64,000 nt of DNA from Bryobacterales bacterium (GTDB taxonomy: Bacteria > Acidobacteriota > Terriglobia > Bryobacterales > Bryobacteraceae). Below are positions 8,823 to 19,058 of this stretch, piece by piece. Positions within the stretch are counted from its first letter, which is position 1, and every line of letters starts with the position of its first letter. The notes beneath the pieces were generated by a model. It did no database searches and had not been told where the DNA came from. It saw nothing but the letters and a program-made list of their open reading frames with translations. The DNA is taken from the NCBI GenBank assembly GCA_963733465.1, contig CAVTDS010000001.1, positions 137,994-201,993 on the forward strand. The letters run 5' to 3'. The position numbers and the translations under genes were made by a program.

Positions 8823-11255
8823 CTACAGCGGGATTTCGAAGCGGGTCTCGGAGCCCAGAAACAACTGGTGCGCCAGAGATGGGTCGGGAGGCGCATCGAG
8901 CAGGACGGGCCTCAGCAGCAGGATGACGTCGGTATCGGTCTTGCTGCTAGTGTTCTGGCGCATCGCTTTGCCGATTCCGGGAAGCTGCGAAAGCAGGGGC
9001 ACGCCCGTGATGGACTTTACGTCCTGCGGGCTCATCAGGCCTGCCACCACCGCCCACTCGCCGTCCCGAACCCTCACCTTCGATTCGAGCTTGCGAGTCG
9101 CGATCACGGGAATTCCGTTCGCGCTTTGAGTCGTCAGCACCTTGAATTCCGCGCTGATGTCGAGCGAGACCTCCTCGGTTCCATGGATGTGCGGCGTCAC
9201 CTTCATGATCAGGCCCAGATCCTCGAATGTGAACGAAGGGACGGCCGGCAGGGTGCTACCCGACAATACTCCGGAAGACGAACCGCCGGAAGTTACGGTG
9301 GCGGACCCGCCCCATGCCGTCTGCGGACCGGTGAGTCCCGTACCCTGGGTATTCCATACAGCGACTGCAACAGGGTCGCCATTCTGGTAAGTGGCGCAGC
9401 CCTCGCCATACGTCCCTCCGAAACCCGAAATCACGATTTCGGAATCCGACCAGGACTGATAGCCGAGGGTTACGGCGTCCGTTCCGAATCCGGCCGTGAA
9501 CAGGGACGAGGAGGGGTTGCAGGGGCTGCGAAAGTCCCAGAACCGGAAGAAATTCAGGTCGCCAAAAAAGCCTCCCGACGGAAGCGTCGAGGGCGATGGC
9601 CCGAACCCGGAGCCTTCGACCACAATCTGGGTGTTCGACCCGCTCCCGGTGAGCTGCACCGACGTGATCTGCGGCGTGGCGGACGAAGTCGGCACGGTGC
9701 CGCCCCAGGCCGCTCCGAGCTGGGTGCTCGAATTCCACAGCGCGAAGATGACGGCGTCGCCGGGTTGTCCTCCGAAGCCCGAGACCTCGATGCTGGAGTC
9801 GGACCAGGTGTCGAACGTCAAGGTGTCGGTGTCGCCCGGGTACCCCGACTCATTCTGCTGCGCCATGTCCTCAAGTGCGAAGTTGGAAACATCGCCGGTG
9901 AACGGAAGCGCGACCGTCGACGCGCCGAACCCGGAGCCACTGACGACCAGTGAGTAGTTTCCCGGATTGCCGAGCCACTGCACGGAAGTGATGATGGGGC
10001 CTTGCGAGGCCGAGGTGGAGAGGCCCGGCACAAACACGGCCCCCGTCGTAGCGGTCGCACCTCCGCCCAGCAACTGGCCACTCAGGATCGGATACTTGTT
10101 GCCGACATGGAATTCGGCAGCTTCGCCATCAAGGGACCGAACCGTGGCGTCCAGCAGCGTCTTGGAGGTTGACTTGGTCATGGCGGCGAAGATCTGGGAG
10201 TTCGCAATCCCGAGACCGAACATGACGGGGTTCAGGTGGGCGACCTCAGACAGCGGGATCGCATTACCGAGCTCCGAGACGACCGCACTCAGTTGCGGGT
10301 TGGACACCAGGTTGGCCAGGCCCCTGAGGCCCAGAAACGAGATGGGGAACTGGTTGGGCATGAGGAAGCCGTACGATAGCGTGCTGGAGCGATCCACTTC
10401 GACGAACTGCAGTTCGATCGCCATCTGGGCGCGGCCGTGAGCGAGTTGCGCGAACAGCGCCTGCGCGGGGCGCACTCTCGAAATGCGGTCGCGGATGAGT
10501 ACCAGCCGGCGGTCGGCGTCCACCGACAGCTTGGCGATATCGAGGGACTGCTGAACGGCACGGCCGACTTCCTGCGCGTCCTGAGGGCTCAGCGTATCGG
10601 GGATCGGGACCGTCACCGCAACGGTGGGCTCGAACTCGACGCGCTTCGCCGGGGTGTCTTTAACCGCCATGATCAGGTGCTCTCCGATGGGAAACACGAA
10701 AGAGCCTGTGGCCGCTTCGACGGCCCGCAACGCCTGGCGGTAATCGACATCGTCGAGGTTCAGGTGGTGCGAGACGCCGGGCTCGTAGTCCGGGTCGAAA
10801 GCGACGCCGAGACCGAAGGCGGCGGTGGCCTGCTCGAACAGCGTCTTGGCGTTTCCGCTGAGGTCGAGGCTCTTCGTTCCCGCGGACGCCTTCAACTCCG
10901 GCGGAGGCTTGATGCGGCGCAGTTCGTTCAATTCGTCTTCTTCAATGGCGGTGGAAAAGCCGGGCTGCGGCCGAATATCGACGGTGGGGAACGAGGTATG
11001 GCCGGAGGCGTCGGTGGCCGGCATCGCGTGCGCCTTCAGGGCCGCACGGATCTGGAGTGCGTCGGCGCGCAAGCGATATTCCGGGTGCGACGGGTCCTTG
11101 GCGGCGGCCTCGGAATAAAGGAGGTACGCGCGAACTATTTCGCCTGCGTGCTCGGCTTTGCGGCCTTGACGAAACAGGTCGGAGGCCTTCGGTTCCGCCG
11201 CGAGCGACACCGTGGCCGCGGCGAGGCACACAAATACGATTCTGCGCAAAGACAC
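8823..11255 (-). CDS. secretin-family outer-membrane channel (type II/III secretion system protein family), orphan, with two inserted Ig-like (IPT/TIG-like) modules
   Basis: The C-terminal secretin core is split in two: ...[17 protein letters not shown]...[11 protein letters not shown]... and then ...[31 protein letters not shown]...[28 protein letters not shown]...[15 protein letters not shown]. The start is uncertain. I chose the GTG at 11255 ([22 protein letters not shown], signal peptide), because longer versions collide with the divergent GH130 gene. Confidence 0.75.
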   Translation of the reverse strand: MSLRRIVFVCLAAATVSLAAEPKASDLFRQGRKAEHAGEIVRAYLLYSEAAAKDPSHPEYRLRADALQIRAALKAHAMPATDASGHTSFPTVDIRPQPGFSTAIEEDELNELRRIKPPPELKASAGTKSLDLSGNAKTLFEQATAAFGLGVAFDPDYEPGVSHHLNLDDVDYRQALRAVEAATGSFVFPIGEHLIMAVKDTPAKRVEFEPTVAVTVPIPDTLSPQDAQEVGRAVQQSLDIAKLSVDADRRLVLIRDRISRVRPAQALFAQLAHGRAQMAIELQFVEVDRSSTLSYGFLMPNQFPISFLGLRGLANLVSNPQLSAVVSELGNAIPLSEVAHLNPVMFGLGIANSQIFAAMTKSTSKTLLDATVRSLDGEAAEFHVGNKYPILSGQLLGGGATATTGAVFVPGLSTSASQGPIITSVQWLGNPGNYSLVVSGSGFGASTVALPFTGDVSNFALEDMAQQNESGYPGDTDTLTFDTWSDSSIEVSGFGGQPGDAVIFALWNSSTQLGAAWGGTVPTSSATPQITSVQLTGSGSNTQIVVEGSGFGPSPSTLPSGGFFGDLNFFRFWDFRSPCNPSSSLFTAGFGTDAVTLGYQSWSDSEIVISGFGGTYGEGCATYQNGDPVAVAVWNTQGTGLTGPQTAWGGSATVTSGGSSSGVLSGSTLPAVPSFTFEDLGLIMKVTPHIHGTEEVSLDISAEFKVLTTQSANGIPVIATRKLESKVRVRDGEWAVVAGLMSPQDVKSITGVPLLSQLPGIGKAMRQNTSSKTDTDVILLLRPVLLDAPPDPSLAHQLFLGSETRFEIPL

Positions 11256-11331
11256 TCGAATAGATGACGGGCGGGGGCGGCGAAGCGTGCAAAGGCGCAC
11301 CACGATATCATGGTTCTTCCCTGGTGAAACC

Positions 11332-12519
11332 ATGACAAAAACGGACTTCGAGACACGACGAGAGCGGCTGTTCCGAGCGCACGAGGAGCTGATCCAGCGG
11401 CCCAACGAACCGCTTGCCGATTCGAACGGCTGGTTCCAGCGCTACCGCCATCCGGTACTGACCGGAGCGCATGCGCCGTTGTTCTGGCGCTACGACCTCG
11501 ACCCGGCCACGAATCCGTTTCTCATGGAGCGCATCGGCGTCAACGCCGCGTTCAACGTGGGCGCGATGGAATGGAACGGCAAGATCGTTCTGATGGCGAG
11601 GGTGGAAGGGACGGACCGGAAGTCGTTCTTCGCGATAGCCGAAAGCGCCACCGGCGTGGACGGATTTCGTTTCTGGGATTACCCGGTGACGATGCCCGAA
11701 GGCCCCGATCCCGAGACCAATGTTTACGACATGCGGCTCACCGCCCACGAGGACGGCTGGATCTACGGCCTGTTCTGCGCCGAACGGAAGGACCCCGCGG
11801 CCGCGCCGGGCGATCTTTCTTCGGCCGTGGCGCAATGCGGCATCGCACGCACGCGCGACCTGAAGACGTGGGAGCGGCTCGACGATCTGCTAACGCCCTC
11901 CGCACAGCAGCGCAATTGCGTGTTGCACCCCGAGTTCGTCGATGGGCAGTATGCTTTCTACACGCGGCCGCAGGACAGCTTCATCGAGGCCGGCAAGGGC
12001 GGCGGCATCGGCTGGGGCCTCGCGCGAAACATGGAACACGCAGTGATCGCGGAGGAAACGATCATGGACCGCCGCGAGTACCACACCATCAACGAGGTGA
12101 AGAACGGCCTCGGCCCCGCCCCGTTCAAGACGGAGAAGGGCTGGCTGCACTTGGCTCACGGGGTGCGCAATACGGCCGCGGGGCTGCGCTACGTCCTTTA
12201 TTGCTTCCTGTGCGAGCTGAAAGCTCCTTACAAAGTAATCGCCAAACCCGGCGGCTCTTTCCTGGCGCCCGAGGGCGAGGAGCGCATCGGCGATGTTTCG
12301 AACGTAACATTTTCGAACGGCTGGGTGCGGCGCGGCAACGATGTGTTCATTTACTATGGCGCTTCCGATACGCGTACCAACGTGGCCACGACCACCGTGG
12401 ATCGGCTGCTCGATTATGTGCTGAACACGCCCCCCGATCCGCTGCGCAGCGCGGCCTGCGTCAAGCAACGAATCGTGCTGATCGAGAAGAATCTGCGGCT
12501 CCGGGGAGCGAAGGGATGA
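11332..12519 (+). CDS. GH130 family beta-mannoside phosphorylase (4-O-beta-D-mannosyl-D-glucose / mannooligosaccharide phosphorylase-like)
   Basis: Starts [21 protein letters not shown]. ...[45 protein letters not shown]... and ...[23 protein letters not shown] match the GH130 pattern as I remember it. 395 aa. Confidence 0.85.
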   Translation: MTKTDFETRRERLFRAHEELIQRPNEPLADSNGWFQRYRHPVLTGAHAPLFWRYDLDPATNPFLMERIGVNAAFNVGAMEWNGKIVLMARVEGTDRKSFFAIAESATGVDGFRFWDYPVTMPEGPDPETNVYDMRLTAHEDGWIYGLFCAERKDPAAAPGDLSSAVAQCGIARTRDLKTWERLDDLLTPSAQQRNCVLHPEFVDGQYAFYTRPQDSFIEAGKGGGIGWGLARNMEHAVIAEETIMDRREYHTINEVKNGLGPAPFKTEKGWLHLAHGVRNTAAGLRYVLYCFLCELKAPYKVIAKPGGSFLAPEGEERIGDVSNVTFSNGWVRRGNDVFIYYGASDTRTNVATTTVDRLLDYVLNTPPDPLRSAACVKQRIVLIEKNLRLRGAKG

Positions 12520-13721
12520 TGGACGCCGCGCAGTTCCGCAAAGAGCTTACCGGGAACATCTTGCCGTTCTGGATGCGCCACACGGTGGACCGCGAGAACG
12601 GCGGCTTCTATGGCAAGGTGACGTGCGATGGGACAGTCATCAAGGACGCGCCGCGCACGGCGGTGATCAACACGCGAATCCTGTGGACCTTCTCGGCGGC
12701 GTTCCGGGTGCTGGGGAATCCCGAGTATCGCGAGATGGCGGATTGGGCGTATCGCGCCATCCTCGATAGGTTCTGGGACAAACAGTACGGCGGGGTGTAT
12801 TGGATGATCGACTACCGGGGCAATCCGATTTCGGATCGCAAGCAGATCTATGCGCAGGCGTTCGCCATTTATGGGCTGGCGGAATACTTCCGGGCGACTG
12901 GCGAGGCCGAGAGCCTGGCGCGGGCGCAGCAGCTCTTCCGGCTGGTCGAGGAAAAGAGCGCCGAGCCGGTCTATGGCGGATATCTGGAGGCGTGCAGCCG
13001 GGATTGGGGCGCACTCGACGATCAGCGGTTGAGCGAGAAGGATCTGAACAGCCCCAAATCCATGAACACGCATCTGCACGTGATGGAGGCTTACACCAAC
13101 CTTCTGCGGGTGTGGCGAGGTCCTGAGTTGGTGGCGCGGCAGAAAGCGCTGATTGAAACGACCATGGACCGCATTGTCGATGGCGCTACCGGCCACTTCC
13201 GGATGTTTTTCGATAACCGGTGGAACTCACTCACCGATCACATTTCCTTCGGACACGACATCGAAGGAAGCTGGCTGATGGTCGAAGCCGCCGAGGTGCT
13301 GGGGGATGCGGCACTGGCCGATCGGGCACGAAAGCTGGCCATCAAGATGGCGCAGGCCGTTTATGAGCAAGGTCTGGACAAGGACGGCAGCCTGTTTTAC
13401 GAAGCCAATTCCAAGGGCGTGTTCATCGACCCCAACAAGCACTGGTGGGCGCAGGCGGAGTCGGTGGTAGGCTTCTACAACGCCTATCGGCTTTCGGGCG
13501 AGGAGCGTTTTCTCGATGCGTCGCGCAGGGCTTGGGACTACATCGAAGACAAAGTGGTGGATAAGACGCACGGCGAGTGGCACGCCAAGTTGAGCCCGCA
13601 GGGCATTCCTTACACCGAAAAGGACGATCCGTCCGACGCGTGTCTCGTGGGCGCGTGGAAGTGCCCGTATCACAACAGCCGCGTTTGTCTCGAGATGATG
13701 GAGCGGCTGACCTCGGAATAG
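12516..13721 (+). CDS. N-acylglucosamine 2-epimerase (AGE) superfamily protein, cellobiose/mannobiose 2-epimerase-like
   Basis: Starts [33 protein letters not shown]. ...[17 protein letters not shown]...[13 protein letters not shown]...GHDIEGSWL...WWAQAE... are typical of the (alpha/alpha)6 AGE/CE family. The ATG overlaps the GH130 stop (ATGA at 12516-12519). Confidence 0.85.
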   Translation: MMDAAQFRKELTGNILPFWMRHTVDRENGGFYGKVTCDGTVIKDAPRTAVINTRILWTFSAAFRVLGNPEYREMADWAYRAILDRFWDKQYGGVYWMIDYRGNPISDRKQIYAQAFAIYGLAEYFRATGEAESLARAQQLFRLVEEKSAEPVYGGYLEACSRDWGALDDQRLSEKDLNSPKSMNTHLHVMEAYTNLLRVWRGPELVARQKALIETTMDRIVDGATGHFRMFFDNRWNSLTDHISFGHDIEGSWLMVEAAEVLGDAALADRARKLAIKMAQAVYEQGLDKDGSLFYEANSKGVFIDPNKHWWAQAESVVGFYNAYRLSGEERFLDASRRAWDYIEDKVVDKTHGEWHAKLSPQGIPYTEKDDPSDACLVGAWKCPYHNSRVCLEMMERLTSE

Positions 13722-13736
13722 TGCGATCGAGCGCTG

Positions 13737-14819
13737 TTACGACACCCGGAAGGGTATACGGTACCGGTCACGCGGCGATTTGTCGAGAAGCGGCACGATG
13801 ACGCCTAAGTCGCGCAGATCGCCGCCGGAGGGTGAGTAACTACTCTTGACCAAGAAATCGAGCAGGATAAGTCCTGTTGGCACGGAAACCGGGAATTGGC
13901 CGCGGAATTCCAGTGTTTCCGGCTTCGTGCAAGTTACAGCTCCCGCCGGATCGCCCTCTATGGTGCAACTTACTCTCACCTGGTTGTTCCCTTCGAGCAG
14001 CGGCGCCGGAATCTCCATGCGCAGGGCAAACTCACGTGGAGCGGCGGCCACCGGCGGCACCACCTCCAGGCCAAACCTCTTCGCTGTCCATCTCCATGCG
14101 TCGCTCTCGGTTTCGAACCAGCCGTATGACGGCCGCACGAGCAGTTCGGGAAACCGGGGCCTGCTCTTCAGCAACACGAACATTCGCTCGTCGGCTTCCG
14201 GGCGAACAGGGTCGGACTCGAGGACCGATCCGACCCGCTCCTGACCGAATACCGTCCAGCCGGCGCGCTCCAAAAGCCGGAGCAATCCGGCAGCGGAAAA
14301 GATCCAGTAATTCGTTGGATCGTTATTCGCCTCCCGGGCCCCAAGCAGATAGCCGACAGGCTCTTCTTCGATGCAGGCGCCTCGCGGTGTTACACGGGCG
14401 ATTCGCGTACTCAAGATACACCAATCGGCGTGCGACGCCAAGCTCTCAAGTACGTAGTAGGGATTCTTCAAGTGGTAGAGCGTGCCCAGAAAGAAGGCGA
14501 ACCGATAATCGGAGCGTGGCAGGCGGAAGCGTCCGTCAAGATCGATGTCATGGACGTCCACTGGCAGATTCAGTGCATTGCGAAGAACCGCGATGCCTCG
14601 CATCTGGTTGAAGTTACTTTCCAGGTGATCCACGGCGTCCACCTGCGCGCCCAGATGCGCCGAGAGGAGCGCCAAATCCCCGTCGCCGCATCCGATATCG
14701 GCGATGGGCCCCGATGCGAGGGCCTCCGCCACCTCTTCGAATGCAGGATCGAGAAGCGTTGCCACGGTCTCTAGCGCTGAAAGGGATTCGTAGGGGTACC
14801 AGCCATAATCCGGCACCAC
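13737..14819 (-). CDS. class I SAM-dependent methyltransferase with a C-terminal extension of unknown function
   Basis: SAM motif IADIGCGDGDLALLSAHLG. The start is uncertain. The track ORF start at 15008 would overlap the GH26 gene by 100 nt. In-frame GTGs at 14819/14816 lie downstream of the GH26 stop. Confidence 0.65.
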   Translation of the reverse strand: MVPDYGWYPYESLSALETVATLLDPAFEEVAEALASGPIADIGCGDGDLALLSAHLGAQVDAVDHLESNFNQMRGIAVLRNALNLPVDVHDIDLDGRFRLPRSDYRFAFFLGTLYHLKNPYYVLESLASHADWCILSTRIARVTPRGACIEEEPVGYLLGAREANNDPTNYWIFSAAGLLRLLERAGWTVFGQERVGSVLESDPVRPEADERMFVLLKSRPRFPELLVRPSYGWFETESDAWRWTAKRFGLEVVPPVAAAPREFALRMEIPAPLLEGNNQVRVSCTIEGDPAGAVTCTKPETLEFRGQFPVSVPTGLILLDFLVKSSYSPSGGDLRDLGVIVPLLDKSPRDRYRIPFRVS

Positions 14820-14908
14820 CAGGCGCTGTTTGAGGTTCCGGAGATCGGCGCGGAATCGCTCGCCCTTCTTCAGGAAGTCACTCGCGCTTCGCGGAAACTG
14901 TTCGGAGT

Positions 14909-16837
14909 TCAGTTTGTGCCTCGTGCGAGGATGCGCGGGTCGCTGTAGAGAGCGCGCAGCGCGTCGGATTGTTCGGTGGCGCCGGGTGCGGCCAGGAACC
15001 ACGCCCACCCGGGCTGCTGGGCGAAGAATTCGGGACCAGGAAGACGGCCCGTCAAACCCAATCCAACGACTTTGCCGACGCCGAAACCGGACAGCTCGGC
15101 ATCACGTCTCCAGCGGAAGTTGCCGTCTTCGACGTCGATGGCGAGCGCGTCTGCATACTGCAATCCGGGGAAGAAGTCGCTATACAAGCCGGGGGCGTTC
15201 GGCCCAAACCCCGGCGCAGCGGCGTTCCAAACCCAGATGAGGTTGCGCAGTTGATGGTGGTTCACCAGGCGATCGAAGAGCTGGCGGTAGAGAGCGGCCG
15301 AGCCGTGCATGCCCTTGCGGCCGGCCCACCAGAACCGCGTGCCGTTCGATTGCGGATAGGGTCGCCAGAGGACCGCAACGCCGGCCTCCTGCAACTGCTT
15401 GAGGTCCGCTGCCACGGCGTCCACCTGGGCGCACCAGAGCTGGTTCAGCCGGGAGCCCGGTGTCAGCAATTCGTTCCACTCGAAATCCGTCAGCTTCCCC
15501 GCCGGGTTTCCGTCGGTCGGCCGCGCGGCGCGCCAGGTCAGCGTCACCACGGCGTGGCTCCCGTTCTGGCGCTTCGCTTCATCGACGATCGCCTGGGGCG
15601 CGGCTCCTGCGAGGTCTGCGCCGTAAATGGCAGGGCGCTTGGCCGCGATCTCGAAGACGCGATCCGTCGCTTGCGAGGCCGCCTGCGGATCGTTGTCCTG
15701 GCCGCTGAGCATGTTCTTCCCGGAGACTGCGTAAAGGCGCGCAAGCAGCGCCTTGGCTTCCGGCAATGCCTGGGGCGTGACCAGCTCGGGAGCCGGCTCA
15801 GCCGACGCTTTGCGGATCGCCGCCATGGGCCCCGAAAGCCGTGTATCGTCGCGTGTCAGAACGCCCGGCGCGGTGTAGGTGGCCCGTAGCGCGTCGAGCG
15901 GATTGCCGCGCTCGACGATGTCACTCCAGCACATGAACCAGGTCCACTTGGGCTGCTCCTTCAAAACCGCCGGGCTCGGGACGGCCCCCACTTCGCCGAG
16001 CGCGATCGGCTTCCCCGCGGCCAGCGCCAGTAGCCCGTCGTAGAAGGCGGGCTTGAACTCGCCGTAGATGTCCACCGAGAGCACGTCTGCGTATTCCGGC
16101 CCTGGAAAGTAGTCGGCGTACGGACCTGGGCCGGCCGGCGGCGCAGGCGGGCTCGAGTTCCACACCCAGATCAGATTGTCGAGCTTGTGGTAGTTCACGA
16201 ACCGGTCGAACAACTGGCGGTAGAGCGCGGCCGACCCATCTTTGCCTTTTCTGCCGTTCCACCAAAACCAGCCGCCGTTGATCTCGTGATAAGGACGGAA
16301 GAGCACCGGGACCCGCGCGTCGCGCAATTGCTTCAGGTATCCAGCGATCACGTCCACCTGCGCGCACCAGCGGTTGTAGAGCTTGCTGCCGGGCGTTAGC
16401 ACCTCCTTGAACTCGAAATCCGTGAGGTGGCCCTGAACGCTCTCCCGGAACGACACCGGCTCGTCGTCGGTGGGACGAACTTCATGCCAGGTCATCGTGA
16501 CGACGGCGCCGTTCCGGTATTGCCTCTCCGCTTCCTCGACCAATTCCGGGCGGCCCAGAATGGAGTCTTTATCCGCTCCGGCTTCGAAACCGAAATCCTG
16601 GCCGAACAGGGCGGGATACTTGCCGGTGAGATCGTAGGCGCGGTCCGTCCAGCGGGCGCTGGTGTTGGGATAGTTGTGCTGGCCCGCGAGCGTATAGTGC
16701 CCCGAGATGGAATAGAGATACTTCAGCAGCGCACGGGCCTCGGGCGAAGCGTGCGGATTCACGGGTTCCTGAGCCGCCATCGGGACCTGACAGAAAAGGA
16801 GCATAGCGGCCGCGGCCGCGCTTGCGAACATTTTCAC
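14909..16837 (-). CDS. secreted tandem GH26 beta-mannanase (N-terminal domain catalytic, C-terminal domain degenerate)
   Basis: Signal peptide MKMFASAAAAAMLLFCQVPMAAQ. Domain 1 has FRPYHEINGGWFWWN and KPIALGEVG. Domain 2 aligns along its length but has WRPYPQSNGTRFWWA and KVVGLGLTG. Confidence 0.85.
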   Translation of the reverse strand: MKMFASAAAAAMLLFCQVPMAAQEPVNPHASPEARALLKYLYSISGHYTLAGQHNYPNTSARWTDRAYDLTGKYPALFGQDFGFEAGADKDSILGRPELVEEAERQYRNGAVVTMTWHEVRPTDDEPVSFRESVQGHLTDFEFKEVLTPGSKLYNRWCAQVDVIAGYLKQLRDARVPVLFRPYHEINGGWFWWNGRKGKDGSAALYRQLFDRFVNYHKLDNLIWVWNSSPPAPPAGPGPYADYFPGPEYADVLSVDIYGEFKPAFYDGLLALAAGKPIALGEVGAVPSPAVLKEQPKWTWFMCWSDIVERGNPLDALRATYTAPGVLTRDDTRLSGPMAAIRKASAEPAPELVTPQALPEAKALLARLYAVSGKNMLSGQDNDPQAASQATDRVFEIAAKRPAIYGADLAGAAPQAIVDEAKRQNGSHAVVTLTWRAARPTDGNPAGKLTDFEWNELLTPGSRLNQLWCAQVDAVAADLKQLQEAGVAVLWRPYPQSNGTRFWWAGRKGMHGSAALYRQLFDRLVNHHQLRNLIWVWNAAAPGFGPNAPGLYSDFFPGLQYADALAIDVEDGNFRWRRDAELSGFGVGKVVGLGLTGRLPGPEFFAQQPGWAWFLAAPGATEQSDALRALYSDPRILARGTN

Positions 16838-16906
16838 GAGTAGTGCCTCCTGGGCGCACCCACCTCACTCAATGTACCCCACTGCCAATGTGCTAAGGTC
16901 GTCAGC

Positions 16907-17749
16907 ATGGCACAGAACGATTCCGTGTCGCGACGATCCTTCCTGGCGCTCGCGGGCGCGCTTCCGTTGGCGGCCAAGGTGGGAGGCGGCAAAATGATTC
17001 CGGTAGGTCTCGAACTGTACTCGGTGCGCCAGGATCTCACGAAAGATCCGATGGGCACGGTGCGCGCGGTTGCGAAGATGGGCTATCAGGCGGTGGAGTT
17101 CTACGCGCCCTACTACGACTGGACGCCCGACTATGCCAAGGAAATGCGGAAGCTGCTGGACGATCTCGACGTGCGTTGCAACTCGACGCACAACGGCCTC
17201 ACGTCGTTCGATCCCGCCAGGCTACCCAAGGCGATTGAGCTCAACCGCATTTTGGGCGCGAAGTTCATCGTGCTGGCGAGCGCCGGAAAAGTGACGACGC
17301 TCGATGGCTGGAAGACCGTCGCCGACCGGCTCACGCAGACGGCGGACACCCTGAGGCCTCTCGGATTGCGCACCGGCTACCACAACCACCAGCTCGAGTT
17401 CACGCCCCTGGACGGCAAGCGCCCGCTCGAAGTGATCGCGGCCGGCACGCCCAAGGATGTGATGCTGCAGTTCGACGTCGGCACCGCTCTCGAAGTCGGC
17501 GCCGATCCGGTGGCCTGGATCGAGTCGAATCCGGGCCGCATCAACTCGCTTCACTGCAAGGACTGGTCGCGCGCGCAGGGCTATGACGTTCTGTTCGGAG
17601 AGGGCGAAGCTCCGTGGGCCAGGATCTTCGCGGCTGCCGAATCGACGGGCGGCGTCGAGTTCTACCTGATCGAACAGGAGGGCAGCAAGTTCCCCGAGCT
17701 CGAGACGGTGGAGCGGTGCCTGGCCAACTGGAAAAAGCTCAGGGGTTGA
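16907..17749 (+). CDS. sugar phosphate isomerase/epimerase (xylose isomerase-like TIM barrel) with a Tat signal
   Basis: VSRRSFLALAGALPLAA is a twin-arginine motif. ...GYQAVEFY...FIVLAS...GYHNH... is the pattern of the AP endonuclease 2 / xylose isomerase-like fold. Confidence 0.8.
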   Translation: MAQNDSVSRRSFLALAGALPLAAKVGGGKMIPVGLELYSVRQDLTKDPMGTVRAVAKMGYQAVEFYAPYYDWTPDYAKEMRKLLDDLDVRCNSTHNGLTSFDPARLPKAIELNRILGAKFIVLASAGKVTTLDGWKTVADRLTQTADTLRPLGLRTGYHNHQLEFTPLDGKRPLEVIAAGTPKDVMLQFDVGTALEVGADPVAWIESNPGRINSLHCKDWSRAQGYDVLFGEGEAPWARIFAAAESTGGVEFYLIEQEGSKFPELETVERCLANWKKLRG

Positions 17750-19058
17750 TCGCGGCCTCCACGGTCACGATATCCACGAGGCCATTCAAGCCGTAAAGCG
17801 CCGGGAGAACGCGCGCGTCCGGATACCGCCGCCGCAGATCGGCCACGCGTTCGGTCCCCGTGCGGTACGCGGGCAGGTACATGCGTCCCAACAGCGGGTG
17901 ACGGCCCCAGGCTCCCGAGAGCTTCGCCGCACGCTCAACCGAGACAAGGTACTCGCGGCGCAGGATCGCGGCCACATCCGGCTGCGCCGCCCCTTCTTTC
18001 CAGGTCAGGTAGGACGATTGGTTCTTCGCGTCATCCTGAAGCAGCGCGAGGAGCACGCCGATCTGGAGGTCCTCGTCTTCGAGTTGGTCCACCGCCGTCA
18101 CGCCATGGGCAATGAGCACGGCGTTGTTCGCGATGCCCTCGAACAGCGTGGCGGCCCGCGTGTTCATGGTGAGCACGCTCGCTTCGAAGCCGACCGCGCC
18201 ACGCGCGTACAGGTTCTGCAAGTACGCGAACGTGGTCACGTGCCCCGGCACCACTTCGTGACTGACGAGCTGCTCGAACTCGGGCACGGAGATTTCAAGC
18301 GACGCGTTGATTTCGTAAGTGGCTTCGTACTCGGGCAGGCCTTGCGCGGTCCGCGCGCGGCCAAGGTAATTCATCGAGCCGGAGAACCAGGCGTCCTTGA
18401 TCGGCAGGAACCCGATGTTCGCGCGCGGGACGCCGGCCATCGCTGCCGGCAGGTGCGGCAGAAGATTCGCCACCGACAATCGATCGTACGACGCGACGAC
18501 GGCATTGCCGAGCGCGCGCACGGAGGCCATGGGGACGAGCCGCTCGCGCCTCCAGGCATCGACGGCGGCCAGCAGTTCTTCGGGCGTGCGTGAGGGGTGC
18601 CCCGCGCGGGCCAGTAACTCCGCCGCACGTTCGCGCTTCGGAGCGGGGTTGGACGGCGACGGCGGCGCGCCGGTGGAGGCCTTAACGGCGCGCTCGTATG
18701 GCACGGGCTCGCCCTTGCCGAGTGTCTCCATAGCCAGGTCCCACATCACCTCGAAGCAGTCCGCCAGGCCGACTATGTAGTCGGGCGCGCCCGCGGCGGT
18801 CAGCCGGCGGATGGCGCCGCGGACGTCCACGTCGTTGAGGTAGGCGTCGATCGCCTCGCGGTCCGGCTCTTTGGCCGCCACACCGCCCGAAGTGCGGGCG
18901 CGTGCAGCCGCAGGATGCGTGTAAGCCGCGGGCAGAGGCTCGCCGGAGAACCAGGAATCGGCGATGAAGCGCCCCGTCCCCGAAGCGCACATCACGTCGC
19001 CGCCCCACAGCGTATCGATGCCGAGAATCGCGTTGCCAACCAGTTCGTTGAAAGTCAT
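17739..19058 (-). CDS. hypothetical protein, possible DUF885-like metallopeptidase (HExxPGH motif)
   Basis: Full-length 439-aa ORF containing SHEVVPGHVTTFAYLQ. Its start overlaps the stop of the upstream OPT transporter gene by 4 nt. The family assignment rests on this motif alone. Confidence 0.5.
   Translation of the reverse strand: MTFNELVGNAILGIDTLWGGDVMCASGTGRFIADSWFSGEPLPAAYTHPAAARARTSGGVAAKEPDREAIDAYLNDVDVRGAIRRLTAAGAPDYIVGLADCFEVMWDLAMETLGKGEPVPYERAVKASTGAPPSPSNPAPKRERAAELLARAGHPSRTPEELLAAVDAWRRERLVPMASVRALGNAVVASYDRLSVANLLPHLPAAMAGVPRANIGFLPIKDAWFSGSMNYLGRARTAQGLPEYEATYEINASLEISVPEFEQLVSHEVVPGHVTTFAYLQNLYARGAVGFEASVLTMNTRAATLFEGIANNAVLIAHGVTAVDQLEDEDLQIGVLLALLQDDAKNQSSYLTWKEGAAQPDVAAILRREYLVSVERAAKLSGAWGRHPLLGRMYLPAYRTGTERVADLRRRYPDARVLPALYGLNGLVDIVTVEAAINP

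Noticed and set aside
7643-8896. N-terminal ~417-aa extension of the 1315-aa track ORF containing ppc
   Set aside because: The extension is Arg/Pro/His-rich nonsense. It overlaps the well-supported sugar-binding lipoprotein gene on the opposite strand. PEPC similarity begins at the ATG at 7642.
11571-12515. Upstream 315 codons of the 716-aa track ORF that ends as the epimerase
   Set aside because: This stretch overlaps the GH130 gene out of frame and translates to Arg-rich low-complexity sequence. Epimerase-family similarity starts at the ATG at 12516, which overlaps the GH130 stop.
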